In this document: positions 1-10,324 of the stretch, piece after piece
Layout of the letters: the number at the start of each line of letters is the position of its first letter
Numbering within the stretch: the first letter of the stretch is position 1
NCBI RefSeq assembly: GCF_000400465.1
Contig: NW_008806283.1
Span: 210,001-242,000, forward strand
DNA length: 32,000 nt
Direction of reading: 5' to 3'
Source of the DNA: Wallemia ichthyophaga EXF-994
Taxonomy: Eukaryota; Fungi; Basidiomycota
Made by a program: the position numbers and the translations under genes
The notes under the pieces: generated by a model
Database searches by the model: none
The model's input: only the letters and a program-made list of their open reading frames with translations
Told to the model about the DNA's origin: nothing

Positions 1-4
1 GTTC

Positions 5-895
5 ATGTACCCAATTTTCATCACGGATGATCCACAAGCAAGTGATGAGATTACTTCTCTCCCCAATCAGCGTAGATGGGGTGTCAACAGGCTCGAAGAG
101 TTTCTACGCCCTTTGATTAGCAAAGGACTCAGCAGCGTTATTCTATTTGGTGTTCCTTTCAACATGAACAAGGATGGCAGGGGAAGTGCAGCAGATGATC
201 CCAACACTCCCGTCATACAAGCCATCCACACTCTCAAACGTCTCTTTCCAGACTTATACATAGCTTGCGATGTCTGTTTGTGTGAGTACACAGACCACGG
301 CCACTGCGGACTGCTGCGTGAAGATGGCACTCTCTTCTCTCACGAGTCTGCTCAGCGTATTGGCGAGGTGGCGCTAGCATATGCTCGAGCAGGCGCTGAC
401 TGCGTCGCCCCTTCTGACATGATGGATGGGCGTATATCACAAATCAAGCGTCGTCTCATAGACTCTGGTTATGGTAACAGAGTGATGCTAATGTCCTACT
501 CTGCAAAGTTCTCCACTTCTCTCTACGGTCCATTCAGAGAAGCTGCAGGATCAGCTCCTTCATTCGGTGATAGGAAATGCTACCAATTACCCCCACACGG
601 TAGAGGTTTAGCAAGACGTGCTGTTCAACGTGACTTAAACGAGGGCGCCGATTGCGTCATGGTTAAACCATCTCTCCCTTACCTCGATGTGATATCAGAT
701 ACTGCTCAGCTCGCTCGTGATTACCCAGTCGCGTGTTATGTTGTCTCGGGTGAGTTTGCAATGATGCACGCCGGTGCTAAGGCGGGTATATACGATTTAA
801 AAAAGATAGCCTTTGAAACGCATGAGAGTTTTCTGCGCGCAGGTGCTAACATATTCCTCACATACTTTACACCGGAGTTTCTCGAGTGGTTGTAG
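5..895 (+). CDS. HEM2: Porphobilinogen synthase / delta-aminolevulinate dehydratase (5'-partial; N-terminus lies upstream of the window)
   Basis: Zn-binding CDVCLCEYTDHGHCG, APSDMMDGR, MSYSAKF (Schiff-base Lys), YGPFREAA, VMVKP, YxVSGE motifs. About 40 N-terminal residues expected from homologues are missing. Confidence 0.97.
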   Translation: MYPIFITDDPQASDEITSLPNQRRWGVNRLEEFLRPLISKGLSSVILFGVPFNMNKDGRGSAADDPNTPVIQAIHTLKRLFPDLYIACDVCLCEYTDHGHCGLLREDGTLFSHESAQRIGEVALAYARAGADCVAPSDMMDGRISQIKRRLIDSGYGNRVMLMSYSAKFSTSLYGPFREAAGSAPSFGDRKCYQLPPHGRGLARRAVQRDLNEGADCVMVKPSLPYLDVISDTAQLARDYPVACYVVSGEFAMMHAGAKAGIYDLKKIAFETHESFLRAGANIFLTYFTPEFLEWL

Positions 896-933
896 TAGTT
901 TACAATATAAGATACAAGACAAAGACATATAAA

Positions 934-1685
934 TTAAATTCGTTGATTCTGCGTTGGACGCGTGTCTATGTCAGTAGTTTCCAAGCTATCAACATCTTCT
1001 AGACTGCGCTTGGATTGAGAAAACAAGTTGGAATTTGGCTGATTTGCCATGGCCAGAGAGGCCTTGTAGATGGATTCAAATTCCTGCGCAAGATCAGTAT
1101 TAAGGTGTTCAAATGAGCTGCAACGCACCTTCAACTGTGATTGGAAACCGAGGTTAGGTGAAATGCAGTATCTCTTGTTCTGCACGTAATGAGTTGCTTC
1201 TTCGAAAGACAACTGAGCAGCTTCCATGACATACATAATCGTAATGGCAGGGCCTCTGCTAATACCGCCATTACAAACAATAAGAACTTTACCGTTCAAT
1301 TCCAATGCGTTGTAGATAAAGGAGCGTGCTTGTGGGTAGATTCTGATTAGATTCTGCTCCTCACTATCACGGACATCCAAGACCAGATATTTGAACTGAT
1401 CTGGGAACCTCGGTCGAACGAAAACAGCCTCAGCCTCACCACGAATGCAGATGATGTGGGTGATGTTGGTGGATCTGAGGTATTCTGTATCTTTGCTGCA
1501 TTGATATGGTCCTAATATTAAGCCTGGGATTATTTCCTGGCATTCTCTTCTCATTTCGTAGCTGTATGTGGTCTTAGTGGTGTTTGTTTGTTCGTTAATG
1601 GATGCACTCACCGCCAGTCAGTGACGCCATCAAACAGATAAGCGTTTGGTGCGCTGGTTGCGCTCGATGGCTTATCAATGTCCAT
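934..1685 (-). CDS. STYX-like dual-specificity phosphatase, ~218 aa; exons 1685-1612, 1561-1129, 1083-934
   Basis: Spliced [42 protein letters not shown]-loop, [19 protein letters not shown]. Introns 1562-1611 (GTGAGT..CAG) and 1084-1128 (GTGCGT..CAG, in-frame, 45 nt). Confidence 0.88.
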
Positions 1686-1724
1686 GTATTTGATGCTGGT
1701 GGTTACTCTCCAACGCCCACTCTA

Positions 1725-2904
1725 ATGGCTCAGCTCGACGATGAAATTCCACAGCTAATTACTCACGATAAGCGCGTACCCTTGACCATTCTCACTGGAT
1801 ACCTCGGTGCGGGTAAATCCACGCTTATCAAACACATTCTCACTCAACAACATGGCCACAGAATTGCCGTTATTGTGAATGAATTCGGTGATACTGCTGA
1901 TATTGAGCGTGGGTTGGTCTACTCGCGCTATTCCTTCCTTCTCACTCTACTGTTCGCTTCCAGGCCGTTCCGTATCCGTCGACGACGAAGAACAGCTCCT
2001 CGAACTCGACAATGGCTGTCTGTGTTGTTCGATACGCGATGCAGGTGTTGCTGCTATTGCGAAAATGATGCGCAAAAAGGGCAAATTCGACTACATCATA
2101 CTAGAAACAACTGGTCTGGCTGATCCATCTGGTCTAGCGCAGTTGTTCTGGGAGAATGAGCTGTTTATACCAGATATATACCTCGATGGTGTGGTCTGTG
2201 TGGTTGATGCTAGGAATGTCCTCCACCAGCTCTCCTCAGACAATCAATGCGTCAGACAGATAGCCTCGGCTGATTCGCTTATCGTTAATAAGGTTGATCT
2301 CGTTGGCAGTGAAGTGCTGGAGCAAGTAAAGCACGCGTTGTTGTCCATCAACTCTTCTGCTCCTCTTCATTACACTACCTACAGCACACTCAACCTCCAT
2401 CACGTCATCGACCTCAACGCTTATGATGGTCAGGCGCAGACCCAGGAGCAGATCAAAACACAGACGCAAATGCAGTCAGAGGAAGTGACACTTTCACGCT
2501 CTACACACTCACACCCAGACTCACACTCACATCCACACCCACACTTACACTTATTCGGGATATCGAGCATACATCTGCAAACACCTCCACTATCCACGGC
2601 CAAATACGCCACGCTCGACAAATGGCTTCGCTGTGTACTATGGGAAAGTACACTTCCCTGTATTGAAGACCTAGTCGAGAAGAACGATATGGAGATACTA
2701 CGCACGAAAGGTGTAGTTAGCGTGTTAGGTGACGGTGTGCACATCCTGCAGGGTGTCAGAGATATGTATGAGCTGAAGCGGGTGTCGGCAGGTAAAGAGG
2801 GTGACACTGACACACGCGCGCCTGGAAAGATAGTTTTTATCGGCAAGAACGTCGACCACCGCCTATTTGCAACGAGTTTCAGTCGCTACATGGAATCAAT
2901 GTGA
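1725..2904 (+). CDS. ZNG1: COG0523/CobW family GTPase zinc metallochaperone (ZNG1/CBWD-like), ~374 aa; intron 1909-1963
   Basis: Walker [19 protein letters not shown] (CXCC), [13 protein letters not shown], His-rich insert [14 protein letters not shown]-terminal LRTKG/LQGVR/VFIGK CobW_C motifs. Confidence 0.92.
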
Positions 2905-2916
2905 TTTGAAGGAGTA

Positions 2917-5900
2917 TTATGCATGTTTGAGTCTATTGAGTGTATTTAGAGAATGTGTGTGTGTAAGTGAATAGTCATGAGTATGTGCGTGAGCATGAGA
3001 ATGAGCACCAGCCACCGTATCATGAGCTATCTGTGCCCTATCAATACATTCAATCGGCAGACCGGCGAGTCTAGCGACGATGATGCCATGGCTCTCTTTG
3101 CAAACACCTTTTCGAAGTGTATACGTAAACCTGAATGCATCTCCGCCATCGACCAGATCAGTGCTGAGATACTGGATAGGAAGGGTATCCGCGAGCATAT
3201 CATCCAGCTCGTGAAAGTGTGTAGCGAAGAAAGTGCGACACTTGTTAGTCAGTGCGAGATGTACCACAATCGCATAAGCCAGTGCGAGTCCATCGAGTGA
3301 GGTGGTACCCCGTCCTATCTCATCCATGATCACAAGCGAGCGCGGCGTAGCCATCTGTAATATCTCCCCAGCTTCCGTCATCTCCACCTGTATTTGTAGT
3401 CTGCGTCAGTCTCAGTCGTCACGCACGCGCGCACTCCGCTCAATAAACTAACCATGAATGTTGACTGCCCCGCACTGAGATCGTCGCTCGCGCCAATGCG
3501 CGAAAATAATCGGTCTACCACCCCGATCGTTGCAGCGGTCGCAGGCACGAATGAACCAGCCTGTGCGAGCACGACTATGATAGCATTCTGGCGCAAGTAA
3601 GTGGATTTTCCGCCCTGTATGTGTGTTAGAGGGAGTGAGGGGGGTATGAGAGGGGCATCTGAGAAATTGAGCACCCTTCCAAGCAACCCGACCCACCATA
3701 TTAGGACCGAAGATGGCGCAAACGAATGAGTCATCTTGCATAAGCACGTCATTCGGCGTGAAGCTATTGAGTGAGTCCTGCAGAGCCACTTCGACAGCAG
3801 GGTGGCGACCCTGTGAGATATGCAAGGCACGGTCGACCGTCATGGCTGGCCGCACCCATGCACGCTCATCGGCTAGCTCCGCGAGACTGCACAACACATC
3901 TAGCTGGGCAAGGAGGTGGGTATTAGCGCGGAAACGCTCACTTTCCTTCGCCAGTTCCCCTTTAAGTCCAGTGAGAGCCTCACGCTCAGCTCCTTCGAGC
4001 TGCTCGGATACCTCCACAATGGAAGACTTGAGTGCAGTCCATCGAGGATGAGCGTACGTGGCTGTAGACTTACCACTCGCTATTAACTGGTATGCTCCCG
4101 GTAATGCCTTCAAGCTGCTCTTGCGCGCTGTTATGTAATGGCCTAGTTTCTGATTGGACCGCAGTGCTACGTGCGTTGGGTCGCTCGCGCGCACTTCCCC
4201 ACGCACCTCTCTCGCCAACTTGGCTCGCTCGCCGTATAACCTATCGAGCTTCTTGTTTAGCCGCGCTATTGTAGCGCTGTATGTTGGTGCTATCGACCGC
4301 TTCAGGTCGTCGTGGTAGTTGTCACCGTTGCGTTCACGCCCATCCTTCTCGATAGCCTCCCTCTCCCTCTCCCTCTCTTCTGGCAAACCTTGTATCTCCT
4401 CCCGCTGCTCACTCTCACTCTCACTCGCCTCCTTGGCGCGCAGGCCGTCTTCAATGATAACCGAGTCGATGCGCTCCGCAAAGGTTATAAGGGGGTGTAG
4501 GGATTCAGTGAGAGTGAGGAGAGCATGCCAGTCGTCGTTGTCATAATTGTTTTCACTAACGCATCCACTCTGCTGCCCACGCTCATGCACCCACTCGGCG
4601 CGAATACGCCTGACGACCTCCTCCGTTTTCTCAATAACGCCCTTAACAGCGAGGAGGAGGGAGGGAGTGAAGTTATTATTGAGGAGCACGCGCTGGAGAA
4701 GACGAGGACCATCTTGAGTGTCACGTAATAAAGCGCGCACGTCTCTCCGCAGCTGTGTGCGCGACAGGAAAATGGCAACGGCTGCGTGGCGAGAGCGTAT
4801 AACGGAGAGATCAGCAGAAGGCTCGCACAGCCACTGTTCTAGTAGGCGGTGGCCGGGCTGTGTGATGGTGCGGCGCACTGCTCTCATCAGACTCCCTGAA
4901 GTGCGGTTGGACCGTATCGTCGTCTTTAACTCTAGACCGCGAATCGTGGGCGCGTCGAGCATTAATGTCGCTTTTTCCTCGCGCTTAGGTTGCAGAGATG
5001 GCGTGTCGTCTATTAGCGACGCCTGAAGACGCGTTTGGAGGAGTGATATGGCTGTGTGTTCATGGGGAGTGTATTGGGTGTGGGTGGATGCGGAGGGGTT
5101 TGCGTTGGGTTGACTGTATGAGATGATGGAGTCGTGTGCGCCAAGTGATTGTCGCAACTTGTGTGCTTCTGCAGTCGTTGTGCCACCATCAAAAACAATC
5201 TCAGACGGGGATAAACGTGCAATATAGCTCTTCAAATCAGATAAGCTGGATGACGCAGTTGAAGAGTCACCGGTGGAAATGTCACACCAAGCTGCAGCGA
5301 ATTGGTCTTGCTCAGGGTGAGACACAACTGAGACAATGAAGTTGTGAGTAGTGGGATTGAGAGATGACTCGTCTAGGAGAGTACCAGGGGAGATAACGCG
5401 TGTAACTTTCCTATCAAAAGAGCCAGATTTGTGGTTGTAGAATTGATCGTTAATTGCGACAAATAGGCAGTGATCGACGACTAGAGATCTGAGATGTTTT
5501 GATAGCTGGTAGTAAGGGAAGCCAGCCATAGGGAATTTAGACTTGTTGTACGATTTTTCACCGACGCTGAAACCGAGGAGTTTGGAGAGGAGAAGAGCGT
5601 GGTGGTAGTAAGCCTCGTAGAAGCCACCGACGCGTGTGAGAAGGAGGGTATCTGGGTGGGCGTTGATAGTATTGATGACGTTCTTGAGGAGATCAGAGGA
5701 TAAGTGGGAGGGATGGAAGCCGGACGGGTCGGGTGGAGTGGGGGGAGAGGGAGTGAGAGTGGGAGTGAGAGTGGGAGTGATGAGAGGAGTTCCTGGGGTG
5801 CCTGGATTGCCTGGATTGCCTGGTTTGCCTGCGTTGCCGGTGTTGATAGGGCTGAAAGGATCCGATAGCCGAGTAACAACACCACCACCACCACCACCAC

Positions 5901-5973
5901 CCAGACCAGGCTTCGGGAGATTAATCTTAACTCTCGATTTAAATGAATTAAAAATGATTTTATTGAGCCTCAT
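2917..5973 (-). CDS. MSH1: Mitochondrial MutS homologue, ~969 aa; introns 3615-3696 and 3388-3452
   Basis: Basic presequence-like N-terminus, domain [19 protein letters not shown], spliced Walker A GPNM|[22 protein letters not shown]|[33 protein letters not shown]. Confidence 0.92.
5760..5900 (-). repeat. Low-complexity repeats in the MSH1 N-terminus: (GGT)n poly-Gly, 9-bp G-x-P repeats, TPTL repeats
   Basis: + strand ACCACC.. run at ~5877-5900, CCTGGATTG x2, GGGAGTGAGAGT x2-3. Encodes [30 protein letters not shown]. Confidence 0.85.
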
Positions 5974-6302
5974 CTAGACATAAACACCCAGTGCGTTCAA
6001 TATACTGACCACAGCCACACCGAGAAAGAGTGAAGATAACAAAGCGTAGTAAAATTGGGCTGTGAAATTTTTGTAGTTTCTAAGCGGGGTTAGAGGGTAT
6101 GCGGAGATAAAGAATACACGGACGAATACCAGCTAAACGCCATCAACCCGGAAGATATCAGAGAGAGGACACCGAGGAGTGGGAGCAGACTGGTGTTGAT
6201 TCCCGGGAAGAAGTTTACTTCCTGCTAATAAAACGTTAGGCCATTTTGCACTTTAAATTAAAAATCATTTACGCCGTAAGTCATGGTTCAATTTAAACAG
6301 CC

Positions 6303-8317
6303 ATGGATCAAAACAGACGCTGGGTAAATCCAATCCCAGGGATCCCGATTACGAGGAGAGTGAACAATGCCGGCCGATCCACCATCTCCAGGCCTCCGCG
6401 CGCCACGCCCGGCCATCTCCGTAGCCTCTCTGATACGTCACAGCTATTTATGACGACAGCGCCTTACAATCAATCCACTGCTAAATGTGGCGGTGATGAC
6501 GGCCCACAAAACCCAATAAACAGCTACATCCCCCCTTACCTCCTCCTCTCAAACACCCACGCCCAACTCCCCCTCCTTCCCTCGCAGCTTGACATGAAAA
6601 ATTGCAGACCTTCGAAACTCAACCTGAACCACTCCTGCACTTGCGTAACCTACGCTGGTCCTGCTGACGGCAACGAGAAGGATGCCGCCGCTGTCCGAGC
6701 CAACGAGCCCGTTCCTAGATGTTCCGGCATCTATTATTTGGAGTTTGAAATTCTGAATAGGGGCGACAAGGGTTATATCTCCATTGGCTACGGTAATAAG
6801 ATGTTCAAACTAACCAGATTGCCCGGTTGGGAGTCCTGTTCATGGGGTTATCACGGCGACGATGGCTGCTTCTTTGCCCAAGCAAGCGACGGCTCTAAAT
6901 TTGGTCCTGAGTACTCTACAACCTCTGGCAGCGTTATTGGTATGGGTTTCGACTTTACCCAGAACAAATCCTTCTACACTATCAACGGCACCTTCATCGC
7001 ATACGCCCCAGACCCTCTCCCTTCTCCTCAAATCTGTCCAGACATCTACCCCTGTATCGGTCTACGCTCCGATAACGAGTCTGTCTCTGTAAACTTTGGT
7101 ATCGACCCTAGATCTCCCTTCCGTTTCGATATTGACGGTTACGTTAAGCGTAAGAAGTGGGATGTTATCGCACAAGAGATCGACAACCGCGTCGTTGATT
7201 GGCGTGTCGATAATGAGTCACGTAACGTCGAGTTTGTCCACACACCCGATGAAATGCGCAGCGTACTCGGTGATCGCTACACTTATGGCTCTGCTCAAGA
7301 CGATGATCTTAGTTTGCCCATGGGTGAGCTTGTGATGGAGTATCTTGTTCATTCCTCGTATGCACAATCTGCACGTGCCTTTAACCAGGCTTTGGAGATG
7401 GAGAATAAGGGGAGTAAAGTGCCTATAGGTGGAGTTGCTAGTGGTTTTAGTGGTGCAATGCAAGTAGATCAATCTCAGTCAAGCTCTCACTCCCACTCTC
7501 ACTGGCTTCACTCCTTAGATGAAGCAGCTAATGCAAGTAGAGGCACACGCAATGCAATCCTCGCAGGCGATATCGAACTCGCCATGTCTGAACTACGTGC
7601 GCGCTGGCCGGCTGTTTTGATCGACAACACCACATTAGCGTTCGAGTTATTTCTGAGAAAGTTTGTCGAGCTAGTGATTAAGGCGCATGGCACGACGAAT
7701 GTGGATGATGTAAACGATGATGGTGAGGAGGGTAACCAGGGTGAAGATGGTAAGGGTAAGAATGCAAATACTATCGCCAACTCCACCACATCTACCACAG
7801 ACGCTCCCTCGGAAGATATGGAAATGCTCCAATCGCCCGTGTTTCCTCCACAAATTCCACCACTAGAGTTGCCACATCCTGATCTGATGCGCGCTCCTTC
7901 CCCCGCACCTCATCTCAGTCCACTCGATAAAGCACTCGCTGCAGGAAGAGCATTACAGGCCAAATATCCACCGCAAACGTATCCAGAATTCCAGGAAAGG
8001 ATGCGTGTTGCATTCGCGTTAGTAGCGCATGATCATATCGAAATCGCGCCGCGCGAGTCACTCGATTTGTTCGACACACAAGAGCGGCAAAGATTGTGGG
8101 ATGCGGTAGAGATGGCGATAAATGGTGAGTAATGACATAAACCCAAGCAAATTAAATCATATTCACACTCACACCACCACTCACAGACGCCCAAGGCAAA
8201 CCCAATCAGAGCGCACTCGAACTCGTCGTCCGGCAAGCTGGCGCATCTGTCTCGCAGGCTGCACTCATGGGAGATGGTAAAGCGGCGTATATTGATATAG
8301 AGGATTATATAAAATAA
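6303..8317 (+). CDS. RanBP9/10 (RanBPM)/Gid1-like CTLH E3 complex scaffold (SPRY-LisH-CTLH-CRA), ~650 aa; intron 8125-8186
   Basis: SPRY motifs AAVRANEPVP, YYLEFEILNRGDKGYISIG, LPGWESCSWGYHGDDG. LisH LVMEYLVHSSYAQSARAF. CTLH IxAGDIELAM..LFLRKFVELV. Spliced CRA end QSALELVVRQ. Start codon not certain. Confidence 0.88.
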
Positions 8318-8430
8318 CCATTGTACTATAATTTACATGAAAAATAAATTAAATGCTCGCACGTGAGAAATTTCAGAAGAATCGCCGGCCGGTGTTGGTG
8401 TGGTTATCAACAGCCAGCCATACACCCGCC

Positions 8431-10127
8431 ATGGAAAATGAAAATAAGAAAACGAATTATATTTCAACATACAATCGAGATAGGAATGTGATAGATTTCA
8501 ACGATAAGGATTACGAGGGCAACCAACTCAACGACGATGAACTCGCTGTTAATTTAGAAGCAGAGGAGAAAGTAACGCCGTTCGTAGTATTTCTTACTGT
8601 TAGTGGTGGCTGGGCTGCTAGACGCATCTCATTCCCCCACAGTGCGCTGCTGCCGTTAGTGGCCTTTTATTTGGTCTCGATACGGGGATTATATCGGGTG
8701 CTTTGGTTGAAATGGATGATGCGTTCGATAAGCCTTTAACAGATACTTACAAGGAGCTCATTACATCTGCCACTACTCTCGGGGCCCTCATTTCCTCACT
8801 ATGCGCGGGTATAGCTGCAGATATCATCGGCAGAAGACTCGCTCTCACCGGCGCAGACATCTTCTTCACCGTCGGCGCCATCGTACAAGCTTGTGCTAAG
8901 GATGTGTGGACCATGATCGTAGGCAGATTCATTCTCGGTCTCGGCGTCGGCTGGGCCTCATGTGTTGCGCCGCTCTATATAGGCGAGCTCTCTCCGACTA
9001 GGCTGCGAGGAAGACTTGTCACTGTAAACGGTGCATTCCTCACATTCGGTCAGGTGATAGCATATGCTATCGGTGCAGCCTTTGCCAATGTTGACGACGG
9101 GTGGCGGTACATGGTTGGTCTGTGTGCCGTTCCCTCTGGACTCCAACTCATTGCATTGCATTGGCTACCAGAGTCCCCCCGCTTTCTTCTCTCACGCGGT
9201 AAGGATGAGGGTGCGCGCAAGGTGCTCGCCCGTATATACCCATACATCAACCAAGAGGACATGACGGCCAAGCTGCATGTCCTCCAACAGGGGGTAAAAG
9301 AGTCGCTCGAAATCTCCAACCGCATTCCACTGCATAAGCGAATAGTAAAAATGTTCACCGAACCTGTCGTGCTTAAAGTCACCGTTATCGCAGCAGGTCT
9401 GCAAGCTTTTCAGCAGCTGTCAGGTTTCAACACATTGATGTACTACTCCTCGACTCTCTTTGCGCAGATCGGTTTCGACCAGCCCACCGCAACGGGGCTG
9501 ATTGTCAGCGGGACCAATTTCCTCGGTACGCTTTTCGCACTCAAGTATATTGACGTGATTGGTCGGCGTCGAATAATGCTTATTAGCGCACCTATGCTAG
9601 TCGTCTCGCTAACTTTCGCCAGTATCTGCTTCCATTTCCTGACGCAAGAGACAGGTGGGCATTTCGTAGACGGACACGACTATCCGAGGGTATGGTCTGC
9701 GCTGGTGCTGGTCGCGATTGTGCTCTATGTCCTTTTCTACGCCGTTGGACTGGGTAACGTACCATGGCAGCAGGGCGAGCTGTTCACGCTCGAGTACCGC
9801 GGTATCGGTACATCTCTCGCTACTGCTGCGAACTGGTCGTGCAATTTACTCATATCGCTCACTTATCTCTCGCTCATCAACACTATAACCGCCGCAGGCG
9901 CTTTCGGGTTCTACGCTGGCCTCTGCTTTTTAGGAACCCTCTTCGTCATCTTCTGTTACCCAGATCTCACCAAATTGTCCCTCGAGGAAGTGCAGGATGT
10001 CTTTGCGGGTAAAGGGTTCAAGGATGCCCGGAGAAGAGCGGAGGTTATGCGCAAGTCTAAATCTGAAGTACTTTATAGACTTCATGAGAAGGACGGTGCG
10101 CTGACGCCTGATTCACCGGATGAGTAG
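8431..10127 (+). CDS. ITR: myo-inositol transporter-like MFS sugar porter, ~550 aa; intron 8599-8642
   Basis: Spliced GLLFGLDTGIISGAL, DIIGRR, GRFILGLGVG, PLYIGELSPTRLRG, LPESPRFL, QQLSGFNTLMYYS, IDVIGRRR, VPWQQGELF. Confidence 0.9.
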
Positions 10128-10324
10128 GAGAAATGCACACACAAAGGGATATAGACACACGGATACATACACAATCACATATATATAAGGATATAGACAT
10201 ATATATAAAGCAGCGGATATGCACCTTGTACCAGTATTGATATAAGTTAATATATTTTGCAACATCGGTGATCAGTGCGTCGCGTTTCATTACAGCGTAC
10301 AACCAACAAAGAAGCCGATCCGAA

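Noticed and set aside
1602-2123. 173-aa + ORF that appears to overlap the DUSP gene
   Set aside because: It is ZNG1 exon 1 read from an upstream non-ATG codon and run through the intron. The real start is ATG 1725.
3378-5977. Many 60-150 aa antisense or off-frame ORFs over MSH1
   Set aside because: Shadow ORFs of a GC-rich CDS. The three MSH1 ORFs join through canonical introns, so this is not a frameshifted pseudogene.
5974-6302. Possible extra coding exon upstream of the RanBPM-like gene
   Set aside because: The ATG at ~6099 is closed by a stop after three codons, and no phase-compatible splice path was found.
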